DNA from: Mobula hypostoma
Taxonomy: Eukaryota
NCBI RefSeq assembly: GCF_963921235.1
Contig: NC_086107.1
Span: forward strand, 99,264,001-99,328,000
Length of the DNA: 64,000 nt
Direction: 5' to 3'
Below the pieces are notes generated by a model. The model saw only the letters and a list, made by a program, of their open reading frames with translations. It was not told the DNA's origin and searched no databases. The position numbers were made by a program, and so were the translations under genes. Shown piece after piece: positions 13,029 through 25,234 of the stretch (position 1 is its first letter; the number at the start of each line of letters is the position of its first letter).

Positions 13029-16000
13029 ATGCAGTCCTACCGAGAGCAGAGCAGCTACCACGGGAGCCAGAGGCTGCTGCACCAAGAGGCCCAGGAGTCT
13101 GCCCGCCTGAGCGACTATAACCAGCACCACCAGGGCCCAATTTACAGCGGCTACAGCAACCGACCAGTCAGCGAGGGCTGTGACCAACAGCTGTACCCGC
13201 CCTTCCGCAGGGAGCCCGCTGATTACTATTACTCAAGGGGGAAGGAACTGACCAGCACCCAGGTTCAGCGCAGGTTGGGTGGGGGGCTGCAGAGTGGCTA
13301 TGGCACGCAGCAGGCTGGCAGCTACTCCGTGCAGTACTTGAGCGAGGGCCAGTGGCGACCTCCACCCACCTCCATGCCAGGCTATGGACACTTTGAACAG
13401 GACGTATACACCAGTCAGTTTTCTCCAGGTACCTCTCAGCAACAGCTGCGACACCAGTCCTTCCAAGCGACTGCCAGCAGCCAAGGACTGGCCCAAGCCC
13501 CTTCCTCCACCGCTCACCTTTCCCAGCTTCTCCACCAGGCTGGTTCGGGCCTGCAGGCCAAGTACCAGCACCGAGCAGCCCAGTACAACCCCCAGCAGTT
13601 TCAGCCCTCCTCCACCACCTCTACCACCACAACCACCACCTCCACCTCCTCCTCCTCCTCCTCCTACCTGTCTCCTCAAGGCTACAGCCAGCCCCCTGGT
13701 CAGGCATTTGATGGCTACCATGCCAGTGCCAGCAGCCAGTGCGATGGCTACACAGTCAATGCTGCAGTTGCCCCCGGTTACGGTACCCAGGCTGGCTACA
13801 GCTACCAGCCACCTGTAGCCAAACCCTGCTTCGAACAGGCAAAACCACCGTCAGGCCAGCAGCATACCCAACGAAACCTGCAGTACCCCGCCACCGCCAA
13901 GATGGCCCTGCTCAACCAGCAGTTTGGTTCTTATTGCACAGCCGACATTCCTGCCAAATCGCCCATGCCATTCCACCAGAACTTTAGCCCCGGTTCCAAC
14001 CCCTCACCAGCCACCCCTGTGGCCCAGTCCCCCTCCTGCAGCTCCACCCCGTCCCCCCTGCTGGTCGGCGGCGACGGCCTTCAGTGCAGTGCCGGGTCCA
14101 TTGGCATCGGGGCAAGGGGCCGCCTCCTGCAGCAGATGCCCCATCCCAGCCCCACCCCAGCGGGGCTGATGTCCAGCCCCAGCTCCCAGTCTGCCACCTA
14201 CGAAGGCTTTGGCCTGGAGGGCGGAGGGGAGAAGAGAGCGCCGGACCTGGGCCTCAGCAGCCTTACTGCTCTGAGCTCGCAGGTGGCCAACATCCCCAAC
14301 ACAGTGCAGCACCTGCTCCTCTCTGACTCGCTGGCCCTGCAGCGCAGGCAGGCCCGCCGTTCCGCCAAGAGAGCGGGAGCCCCAGGGGAGCTGCCAGGCC
14401 TGGAGGAACAGCTGAAGTCGCCCCGGGCAGACTCCCTGGATGGAGGCTGCTCCAGCTCCTCGGAGGACCACGCGGAGCGGGTCCGCCAGCTCAGCGGGCA
14501 GAGCGGCTGCTCGGAGCGGGCCCTGAAGCCACGCCACCCCGAGGCTGCCAATGCTACCTGCTCGCCGGCCGGCTCCCATGGCGACGGACGGCCGCTCTCC
14601 AAGGAGGAGCTGATGGCCCAGATGTGTCAGGAGGGCAAAGGCAGCGCCGTGGCGACGCTGGCGGAGCCAGGACCCCAGCGAGGCGAGAAGCCGGTGGGTG
14701 TCATTGTGTCAAGGGAAACTATGGCTGGGAGGGCAGAAGCAATGGGCATTGCTGGGCAAGAAGATGAGCACGCCTACACTGTCAGTAGCGAGAAGGTGCC
14801 TGGCCGTGGCCAGCAGCCCAACAGTAGCCGCAGCACCACGGCAAGATCAGCAGCCCAGAATGGCAACGGCCTGGGGCACCAAGGTCATCCGGCGCCTGGT
14901 GACCCCATGGCTACTAGGTTGGACTCCTCCAAGTCCCCCAGCTGCTTAGCTTACGGTTTCCGGGACATGCCCAGAAATGAAGGGGGGTACCATCAAATGC
15001 AGTACCCCAGCACCCCTTACGGCCAGCTGGAGACTGAGCAGTTCACTTCTGGGGACAGGAAGGTCATCCCAAATAAGGCTGAGAAGAGCCACAGTTTGCT
15101 TCAGGAAGCCCTGCAAGCCAACTATCCTGCAAGGAAGTTCCATCCAAACTATGTCCCTGACCTGCAATTTTCGGGATTCATGGATCCCTTGCTGCAGCCT
15201 GGCTACCCCATGCGACAGATGTCTGAGGTGACGAGAAAAGACGTCCCAAGTCATGCCACAGCTTTGCCCTCTGGTTGGGTAGATGGGAGAGCACAAGTTC
15301 CTGGCTTTGGCACCGAGCAGGGCAGGGCTGACCTGGAGACCCAGCTTGAAGGTGGGATGTCAGAGAGGAAGTCCGTCATCTGCGACTTCTCCCCATCAAG
15401 GCAGTTTGGCCGTAGCTCTACACCTTTAACCTGTGGGCAGTCTCATGATCAAGAGTTTTTCCGGAACGTGAAGGGTGACAAGTTTTGCAAAGCAGGACAG
15501 TCGGTTATCCAGACAGGTCTTCCTGTAATGTCAGAAACACGAATAAAAGGTGAGATGGGCCAAGGTCTAGGTCAGCAAAGGGCTATTGGACATCACGATG
15601 ACAGAGACCCAAGGACACTCTCACCCCCCTGGAAGTACGATACTTCACAATTGGTCAGGGGTTCCACAATGATTTCTACTCCGATGCCCATGGGACCTGT
15701 CAGTAACTTTCCCCATCAGCCTCTGAACAACCGATCCACCAGGGCAAGGCGTCCCTATGGCAGGGGGGCAGGCAGAGGCGGGGTGAGGAGGAGAGGTTCA
15801 GCAAGGGCAGATGGCAATGCTTTCCTGACAAGGGCACCACTTATCAAACAGGAAGGTATGCTGGAAGTTGGCAGAGCCGGGCACCTTGGCCAATCTCGTG
15901 AACACCTGCCAGCATTATTGGACAAGATCGCCATGTACCCTACAAACTCAGATACGCTTTCCTCCCTGTTAGCCAAGCAAGTGAATGCTTGTTCCTCGGG

Positions 16001-18023
16001 TATGGAGTCGGAAGGCACGGTCAGGTATCCAATTCATCCACCGAAGCAGATGTACAATCTTAAAGGGGTGGGTGATTGGACTAACACAAATGACGTGAAA
16101 ATGCCTGCTGCAGAGATGTGCAGGAGCAGGATTCAGAAAGAGCCAAGACTCCCTGATGCCACGCAGCAGGAAGCAGGTAGCCACCCCTCGCTCCAAATGT
16201 ATTTGCCTCAGAGTCATGAGGCCCAAAGCCCACAGCTGGATGATCAGTCAGCGTCCATGGGCAAGCATTTGCCTAAAAAGCAAAACAATACGAGTCAGGA
16301 GGACTCATCGGTTCAGTCCTCTATTTTGTCAAGGAGAAGGATAAGATCTTTTATATCACCGATTCCAGCCAAGAGATTTTGCCAAGAGCCAAAAGCCAAG
16401 GACCCCCTACACCAGCGTGACCCTGCCGACTCTCCGTGCAGCGCCAGCCTAACCCCCGTACAAAAGCCTGAGGCTGCCGATGAGTGCCAGCAGGTGAACG
16501 ATGAGAAGGGCAGCCCCGGTGGGAGCCTTTCTCCAGCTGCTTCCCTCGCCAGTCCCGGTAAAACTAAGACACTGCCACCGCGGAAGGGCCGAGGCCTAAA
16601 GCTGGAAGCAATTGTGCAGAAGATCACGTCACCCAATGGGAGGAAGTTTCCGCCAACTGGGATGCTGGATGGGGCCTCAGACGGTCTGACACTAGAAGAC
16701 ATCCTGTCCGTCAAAGAGGCTGGTTGGGAGAGAGGCAGCGGGGCAATGGTGCAGGCTGGGTACAAGATGGATGGAGATCCCAAGGAAGGGGCTGAGGAAC
16801 AGGCTCGGGGCCCTGGGGCTACCTGTCAGGAGCGACATTCCAACTGCTCCCAGCTCTGTGGAGCCTCCTCACCATCTGCTCGGGCTCCGCATCATCCTGA
16901 GTCCAATCAGTGCGGTGCCGTATGCCCTCTGCCCTGCCCCCTGGCGCACCAGGCCGGCGAGGGGACCACTGGTGTCACCCCTAAGGCGGAAGTTGTGGTT
17001 GCAAAGGGATACTTCCCGTCTGGCAAAAAGCGAGGGAGACCGCTGGGGAGTATCAACAAGCAGAAACGCCTCCGGCAGGAGTGCTCAGGCCCCCGGGCTC
17101 GGGATGAGGCAGAGGAGGAGAAGGCCAAGGCTAAGGTGAGGCCCGAGAGGAAGAAACCAGTCTCCCACCCGAGGAGGCGCCGCAAGCGGCTCGACGGCCC
17201 CGTCGTGCTGCCCCAGGAGCCAGAAATCAAACTGAAACACACTGCTCGAGTGACGCGCAGGAGGCGGGGGGAGTCCCAGGATAAGGGCTTCTCTCCCTAC
17301 GTGTTGCTGGAGAGGAATCGTGAGGTGGCGCTCTGCACTATAATCAACACCCAGGATGATCAGAACAGTATCCAGAAAGGAGTTAAGGGTCACCAGGGGC
17401 CAACCTCCACCCCACCACCCAGTTGTGCTGGCAAAGCCTTACCAACATCCTCACACATGGTGCAAGGGCCACTGGTGACTGACTCCCCCACCCTTGGCAT
17501 CTTGGTCTGCTGCTTGTGTGGCAAATGTGCCAATCACAGGGACCTGGGCGACCTCTTTGGACCCTACTACCCTCACCAGTATGCTGGCACCCTGCCCAAG
17601 AACCCACCCCCGAAGAAGATAGCACCGGTGCAGAGCCGGGTGGTGAGGCACAGGAGCATGCCCGACCTGCTAAAGACTGGCCAGTCGGGAGACGAGAGCA
17701 AGGAGTTTGGGACTGTCCTGGGGCACCCCAGGTTCAAAAGGCGTCACTACAGCGAAGATTGCACCCCTTCCTGGGCCAGTCCCAGGAGCAGCAAAGGGCA
17801 CCGCCGCTGCTACTGCTGCATAAAGACTTCCTCTGTCGACTTACGGACTCAGAGATTTAAAAGTGAGCTCGGCCCGCAGGTGGAGCTACAGCTCCCTCAA
17901 CTACCTCTAGACCCCAATGAACTGTGGATCCACGAGTCCTGTGTGCTCTGGGCCAGTGGGGTCTACCTGATCTCTGGGAGACTCTATGGACTGCAAGAAG
18001 CTGTAGAAATGGCTAGAGAGACG
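13029..18023 (+). CDS. TCF20: Transcription factor 20 (TCF20/SPBP), giant first coding exon, 1665 codons
   Basis: Starts MQSYREQSSYHG. Contains LTALSSQVANIPNTVQHLLLSD, KTLPPRKGRGLKLEAIVQKITSPN, the AT-hook KKRGRP (17025-17042), PQEPEIKLK, and the ePHD start CCLCGK..DLGDLFGPYYP..ELWIHESCVLWASGVYL..GRLYGLQEA. Acceptor TTTCTGCAG|12994; donor ACG|GTAAGG at 18023, phase 0. Confidence 0.95.
13608..13664 (+). repeat. Coding (ACC)/(TCC) trinucleotide tract, poly-Thr/Ser
   Basis: Encodes SSTTSTTTTTTSTSSSSSS within TCF20. Confidence 0.9.
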
Positions 18024-18445
18024 GTAAGGATTGCTGCTGTGTTTTGTGAGGGTGTTGCCGGTGGTTGGGTGGGGATAGAGTGCGAGTATGTGGCTATGCT
18101 TTGAGAGGGCCTAAAGCTTCCTATTCCTTATGAATTATCCTCCCACCCCTTCTCCACGAAGAACTAGTCTGTCTCTTCACTTTTATATAAGGACTGCTTG
18201 TTGCAGTCTGCTGGATTTTTTTTTGTCCGTGGACCCCAAAGCTTTGTCCATTAGAGAGCACTTCCAGTAAGGATTGAGTGTTCCTATCTCCAGATCCCAT
18301 GCCCTCTGCCAGCCCATTGCATACATGTTCAGGATTTCTCCTTAACTCTTTTCACCTCTCTACTACCCTTCAAACCTAATTCTTCACCCAAGCTTTTCCT
18401 CACCTCTCCTAATATCTCCTTCCGTAGACCATGTTAATTATTTTT

Positions 18446-18964
18446 CAAGCAACGCACACAAAATGCTGGAGGAACTCAGCAGGCCAGGCAGCATCTATGG
18501 AAAAGAGTACAGTCGACGTTTTGGCCTGAGACCCTTTGGCAGGACTGGGGCGAAAAAAAGCTGAGTAGATTTACAAGTTGGGAGGGGAGAGAAATACAAG
18601 GTGATAGGTGAAACCTGGAGGGGGAGGGATGAAGCAAAGAGCTGGGAAGTTGATTGGTGACAGAGACAGAAGGCCATGGAAGAAAGAGAAAGGGGCAGAA
18701 ACACCAGAGGGAGGCAATGGCAAGGAGATACTGTGAGAGAGGGAAAAGGGTAATGGAAGTGGTGAAGAGAGGGGGGTCATTACCAGAAGTTCAAGGAATC
18801 AATGTGCGTGTCATTAGGTTGGAGACTACCCAGGTGGAATATAAGGTGTTGTTCCTTCAACCTAAGTGTGGCCTCATCACAACAGTGGAGGAGGCCATGG
18901 GTAGACATATCTGAATAGGAATGGGAAGGGGAATTAAAATGGGTGGCCACTGAGAGATCCCGTT
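18446..18964 (-). mobile_element. Penelope-like element 3' fragment (GIY-YIG C-terminus plus pLTR)
   Basis: Minus frame DLSVATHFNSPSHSYSDMSTHGLLHCCDEATLRLKEQHLIFHLGSLQP. TSD TTAATTATTTTT at 18434-18445 and 18965-18976. Confidence 0.85.
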
Positions 18965-19818
18965 TTAATTATTTTTTGTTATCTCCTGTGAAGCATTTTG
19001 GTTTGTTATCCTTCACTGATAATGTATTTCTGAATCCTGTTTTAAACTAACTGCCTGTTCACAACAACCCTCACAATATTTGTTACAGTCATACCTGGGA
19101 TTAGGCGTTGGATTCTACAGAGCTACCTTGTAGGAGAGATGGGCCAGAACTGAGAACTATTTTCGATTATTTCTCTCACTTTCAAAATTTCTATGCTCTG
19201 CCCGTTTCCCCCATTCAGTACTGTGGTATTGTATGTGGTAAAATTTTTCTCTGAACTGTACCTGTGTTTTTCAATGTCATTTGTCATTGGTGCTGTTATA
19301 CTAAGTATTATTTTGTTAGTCCTGCATCTTGATTGTTACTGTGTTACATGGTGTCAGATCTAGTTTACCCTGCACCCAGTACTGGACTCCATTGTTATAC
19401 ACTGACAGATCGATGCCTCCTGTTTATTTAGTATGTCAGTATCACCGATGACAGATATCAGTACTGTAGCTCTTGTATGGTGACACACTCACGTCCATGT
19501 ACCTCTCTTGCCTCAGTGGAAGACCTTAGTGGTGGATCTGAACCTTCAGAGCCATATCAATAGTGTTGTACCTGTGTTCCCACTGCTGTGCCTCTTGGAT
19601 AGTGACATACCTCTGTGGTACCTCCATGCTCTGCAGTGACAAACCTGTGTTCCCAATATTGTGCCTTGTTCAACAACAATGGATATTTGCCCATGTTCTA
19701 CCATGTCAAATGTATTCCTGGTGGGTGTATAGCTGTATATTTTTGTAGAGTGGCCGATCTGTATCTCACTGTGCAGTGAGGAATCTGAGCTCTCCTTGTT
19801 GAGCGGTGATTGTTTGTA

Positions 19819-20049
19819 ACAGGAGATAACAAAAATAATTAAAACTGGATCTCTCAGTGGCCACCCATTTTAATTCACTTTCCCATTCCTATTCAGATAT
19901 GTCTGTCCATGGCCTCCTCCACCGTTGTGATGAGGCCACACTTAGGTTGAAGGAACAACATCTTATATTCCACCTAGGTAGTCTCCAACCTGATGGCATG
20001 CACATTGATTTCTTGAACTTCTGGTAATCCGCCCCCCTCACCCGTCACC
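19819..20049 (+). repeat. Inverted copy of about 18760-18989 (Penelope fragment plus its host flank)
   Basis: Reverse-complement match that includes ACAGGAGATAACAAAAATAATTAAAAC. Flanked by ATTGTTTGTA at 19809-19818 and 20050-20059. Confidence 0.9.
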
Positions 20050-20147
20050 ATTGTTTGTACCACAGTACTGTGTGTCATATAATCTGAGATCTGTGTGTTG
20101 TATCTATCAGTGATAAATCTGATCCCTGTATTGTACCTCTGTCCATG

Positions 20148-20705
20148 AGACCATAAGAAATTGGAGCAAAATTAAGTCATTTGGCTCATTGAGTCTTCTC
20201 CACCATTTCATCATGGCTGATCCATTTCCCTCTCAATCCCAATCTCCTGCCTTCTCTCTCTATTCCTTCATGCCCTGATTAATCAAGAATCTATCAACCT
20301 CTGCTTTAAATATACCCAATGACTTGGCGTCCATAGCCAAGTCCCTCTATTAAGTGGACATCCTTCTTTTCTGAGACCGTGTCATCTGGTCTTAGACTCT
20401 CCCACCATTGGAAACATCCGCTCCATGTCCACTCTATTGAGGCCTTTCAACATTCAGTAGATTTTAATGAGACTTCCCCTCCTGCTCTGATACTTCTAAA
20501 TTCCTATAAGTACAGGCCCAGAGTCATCCAATACTTCTCATATGATAAGCCTTTCATTCCTGGAATCATTTTCATGAACCTCCTTTGAACCTTCTCCAAT
20601 GCCAGCACATCCTTTCTTAGATAAGTGGCCCAAAACTGCCCTCAGTACTCCAAGTGAAGCTTATAAAGCATCAGCATTACATCTTGCTTTTACATCTAGT
20701 CCTCT
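20148..20705 (-). mobile_element. CR1 LINE 3' fragment
   Basis: AGACCATAAGAAATTGGAGCA tail and CATTCCTGGAATCATTTTCATGAACCTCCTTTGAACC (reverse of VQRRFMKMIPGM). Confidence 0.75.
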
Positions 20706-22055
20706 GAGCAAATCTATTGTACAATACTATTTTGTTGTGCGTGATCTGTGACCATGCTGTTATACCACTATTATGTAGTGACAAAGCTATCCCCAATGCT
20801 GTACCTATAATGTAAATGAAGTACCTATTACCCTCTTGTTGTCAGGGTTCTGATGGATTTGATTCTACCTTTGCCCTCTTGAAAGATTTGATTCCTAAAA
20901 CTGTAGCTCAAAGCTGTATAGTACTGGGTCTGCATACCCCATGTTGTGCTTAATCAGATCTGTGCCCATAAATGGACCTCAGAAAGGCATGAAGTACTCG
21001 GTGGGTCAGGTGACACCCATGGAGAGAGTCACTCGTTGTGTATCTTAGTATTGTACAGTGACTGATCTGTGTCCCTTAGTGTTATACCTCTGCTGCATAG
21101 TGACATGGCTGTGCCATCGTTGTTGGCTATCAGTTTGTGTCATGGCATAATCTGTGCCCCAGTACTCTGTCTCTCTGTATAGTGATAATCAGATCTTTAG
21201 TACTGTACCTCAAAGCTGTATGAGAACTTGTATAGTTGTACCCCCATAACTCTCTATTTATCAAGGCATAACTGTGCCCTCAGTACAACTGTTTCTGAAT
21301 GTGAAGGTCCAGTAATGCACTTCAGTATTGCCCAGTGTCTGATCTATATCTCCAGTGTTGTGCCTTGATTGTATTGTTACTCTCTTCTGTGGAAACCCCT
21401 CAAGATCAGTGACACGTTTTCACTCTAGTTCTAATGACACCAATGAGGGTATCACAGACTCTGCCACAAATAAAACAAGGTTCTTGACAGGTCAGGGAGA
21501 TGTTTCCCAACAAAGGGACTCAAGGTTCTTGATGCCCTCTCAAATTCCGTTGTTTCAGTGACCATGGCTAAGGAAATCCAACAAGGCAGGAATACTATTT
21601 TTTAAGAAGACGTTGCAAGTATCCTTAAATCATTTCCTCTGACCCTACAGAGAAGTATTCTCTTGCCATGATAGAGTTCCTTGGTCATTTCTGGTGTCTG
21701 TTATTGTGTGTGGCTTGCCCATTGGAGTGACTGTTGTGGGATCAGTGCTGGGTGGGGTTGATGTAGGTTCAACTGCCAGTAGATCTGGAGGATTTTGCTG
21801 GTACCTCTATAAATGTCTAAGGTGTCTAGAACAACAATGTCATGTATAATAGTTAGTACTGCATTTCTCCTGGAGATCATGCCCAGTGTGGTTCTCTGGG
21901 CAGATTCTGCACTGCGGTTTGCGATGCAGCTCTCTTGCTGCTGGGAGGAAGCAGTTGAAGAAGACCCTGACTACTCCTCTGTGATCACAGCCGTAAACAG
22001 ATTTATTTCTTTTCTTGAAGATCTTCAATATTACAGCATCTCTGAGGTCCCTTAG

Positions 22056-22888
22056 GATATAGATAGCTAGATAGATATACTTTATTAATCCCGAGGGAAA
22101 TTTGGTTTCGCTACAGCCGCACCAACCAAGAATAGAGCGTAAATATAGCAATACAAGAAACCCCAACAATCAAACACCAAAATGCAAACTGTGCCAGATG
22201 GAAAATAAGTCCAGGACCAGTCTATTGGCTCAGGATGTCTGACCCTCCATGGGAGAAGCTGCACGTTCGATGGCCACAGGCAGGAATGACCTCCCGTACC
22301 GCCAAGTGTTGTATCATGCTGGAATGTGGCCGAAGTCGAACAGTAAAAAGTTCAATATCCAGTCTGCAAACACGTTCCTCGATCGTAACATACCCCGGAT
22401 TGCACCATCCGTTGTTAGCCAGAACAGTAAGCACCGAACTCCTTTATGCTTACCACTCTCAGTGCACTTCCGGTCAGTCGGAACGGTATTACCCACTGAA
22501 CTCCTCTTCTCCAAAAGTCTCTGTTGTCTCGACTCAGTCCTCTTTCCTCGGCTTTGTGATCCCCCTCTGTGTGTTTTCCTCCGGATTTCAACAGGGGTGT
22601 CCACCGCTCCGTTCGCTAAGCCAGCCGGTCTTTGCTGGTCTGTGAAATACACAATGCGACCTTGCTTCTGTCCCGTGTGTCGGGGTGTAACCATTTCCAG
22701 CGCTAAAGAAAACCCAAATAAAACTCTCTCTACCAGCATGTTAGAGAGGGTGCAGCTTCAACGTGTTACCGTGAGGAAAAAAATACAAAAAATACAAAAA
22801 ATAACGTAAATTAAAAAGTAAGAAGAAGAAAGTAAGAATAGATCGGAACGGCTGTACCAGGCTGCATGCACGACTGGCGCATGCACAC
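22056..22888 (-). mobile_element. Internally deleted, non-autonomous Rex1/Babar-type element
   Basis: From 5' to 3': GTGCATGCGCCAG end; IVYFTDQ..RRKTHRGG; DRKCTESGKHKG; NNGWCNPGYVTIEERVCRLDIELFTVRLRP (endonuclease-like); RYGRSFLPVAI (C-terminal); GGATTAATAAAGTA plus (TCTA)n tail. Confidence 0.7.
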
Positions 22889-24057
22889 TCAGTGCCCAAT
22901 TGCTTGTGGAGTGCAAGTGAAGCTGCACTAGGTAGTTTGACCTGGAATGGAGTCAAAACTTACTGTCTCAAGGTCAGATTCACAGTCCGGGAGTTCTTCC
23001 TCTTCCATTGGGCTGTGCACCTTTGTCCTTGATAAGTTCTCCTCTGTACTCGGCTCTCAGTGGGGCAAACCTTTGGTGTCTGGACTCTTAAGTCATCTTA
23101 TCAGGTTGTGGGAAGGTGGGAATGTTCTGGTGAGGGGAAATTTAAGAAGTTAGAACATGGGCAAAAGTATTAGTGCAGCGATGTGAAATGGGTAATGATA
23201 ACCATTGTGAGTCAGGACATCGCCAGTTGGAATCAGCAAGGAAATATAGAACATAATACGGGCACAGGAGCAGGCCCTTTGGCTCACAGTGTTGTATTGC
23301 ACCAATTAAATTAGTAATCAAATGGCCAACTAAATTCATCCCAAAAATAGCGAAAAGTCAAAATAAAGACTGTCTGAATGCATATTTGTACAAGGATGAG
23401 AGAATTAATGGTAAATAAATGGTCACAATGTGATAGCTAATACAGATCCACACTTCTGAAGTGACCAAGGTTAGGAAATGAATATTCCAAGGTCTTTTTC
23501 TTTTATAAGAGAGGTAGAATAGAAAAAGAAGATGGTCCCTATATCAAAGAACAAGATAAAGGCAGTAGAGTGAAATTACTTTTGATCAGAAAATTGAAAG
23601 GTTCTCTAGTACAATGTAGGACAATTTAAGCTAGTAAGTCAGGGGTCTGGGGTCCAGAATGACATTGCAGAAGGTGGAGAGTCTAAATCATTCATTTTTT
23701 AAATTTAATAAAACAGGCAAGTCCAATTGGCAGACTGGACCATACTACAAGTGTGACCTAAACAAAATTTTATACAGTTGCACGGTGACTTCCAATATTG
23801 TACCAAGTGCCTTGACCTCTAAAGACAAACCTGCCATGTGAAGCCTTTACCACCCTGTCCACCTGTACTACTGCTTTCAGGGAGCTGGAGACTTGCACCC
23901 CAAGATCCCTCTGTATATCAATGCTCCTAAGGGCCCTGCCATTCACTTTATATCGACAGAGGGGTGGGGAAGCAAGCAAGAGTAGGTAGATTTAACTGCA
24001 TTTACTTTAATGCAAGGAACCTCATAGCTAAGATGGATCAGCACGTGGAATTATGAT

Positions 24058-24555
24058 TATGAAATAAGGTTGAAAGAGTGCAGAGAAGGTTTACAAGGAT
24101 GTTGCCAGGACTTGAGAAACTCAGTTACAGAGAAAGGTTGAATAGGTTAGGACTTTATTCCCTGGAGCGTAGAAGAATGAGGGGAGATTTGATAGAGGTA
24201 TATAAAATTATGATGGGTATAGATAGAGTGAATGCAAGCAGGCTTTTTCCACTGAGGCAAGGGGAGAAAAAAACCAGAGGACATGGGTTAAGGGTGAGGG
24301 GGGGAAAGTTTAAAGGGAACATTAGTGGGGGCTTCTTCACACAGAGAGTGGTGGGAGTATGGAATGAGCTGCCAGATGAGGTGGTAAATGCAGGTTCTTT
24401 TTTAACATTTAAGAATAAATTGGACAGGTACATGGGTGGGAGGTGTATGGAGGGATATGGTCCGTGTGCGGGTCAGTGGGACTAGGCAGAAAATAGTTCG
24501 GCACAGCCAAGAAGGGCCAAAAGCCCTGTTTCTGTGCTGTAGTTTCTATGGTTTC
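24058..24555 (+). mobile_element. Young CR1 3' fragment nested in an older CR1 endonuclease remnant
   Basis: Uninterrupted ORF 24078-24485 (QRRFTRMLPGL..RGDLIEVYKI..FFTQRVVGVWNELP), GTTTCTAT tail, and TATGAT on both sides. The host reads LNCIYFNAR..TWNYD|IAV across the insertion. Confidence 0.85.
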
Positions 24556-25234
24556 TATGATATTGCTGTACTCATGGAAAGATGGTTCAGTGAAGAGCAG
24601 GAGTGGCAGCTCAGTGTTCCAAGGCATACAAGTTTTATCTACGGCACAGGGGTTGCAAAAGGGGAGGTGTGTAGTACTACTGGTCAGGGAAAGCATTACA
24701 GCAGTGCTTAGGGAGGATACATTGGAGACATTAGCCAATGAGGCTGTAAACATAGAATTTGGAAATAAGAAAAGGGCCATTGTTTTTAACTATACGTTTC
24801 CCAATGGTCAGCAGGACCCATAATACCATATATGTAAGTAAATCACAGTAAAGTGTGAAAATGATAAGGTCATGATAGTGGAGAGTTTTAACTTTCCCAA
24901 TATTGACTAGGATTGCCTTAGTATAAGAGGCTTAGATAAGGTAGAATTCTTGAAAGTTCAGTCAAGAGGGGTTTTAAAAATAGTATGTTGAGAGTCCTAA
25001 TAGGGAAGAAGCTATTCTTGACCTTCATGGTGGACATGGCTGTATGTCAAAGTAGTCAGTGAAAGAGATAAAGTTGGTAGTGGAGTTCAGGTCTTAAATT
25101 GAAGGAGGGCAGTTTTCAGTAGTATAAGGCAAAGTCTGGTGTGAGTCTGAAACGATCGTGATGCCAATCTAAGCTAATCACTTCTGCATACACGTGGTCC
25201 ACATCCCTTTGTTCCCTATCTGTTCGTGTCTGAA

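Larger units (their letters stand above)
19215..21375. repeat. Highly degenerate minisatellite-like tract, interrupted by insertions
   Basis: Recurrent words AGTGAC, GATCTG, CCCAGTACTG and TGTACCTC at irregular spacing of a few tens of bp. The period was not measured. Confidence 0.5.

Noticed and set aside
12852..17860. Antisense and alternate-frame ORFs over the giant exon, including the poly-Gly ORF 13233-13721
   Set aside because: These are shadows of GC-rich coding sequence and the trinucleotide tract.
12981..18104. 1707-aa ORF taken as the complete protein
   Set aside because: The TTG start lies upstream of the splice acceptor (12993). The tail VRIAAVF..AML is intron read-through past the donor at 18023; the PHD continues in downstream exons.
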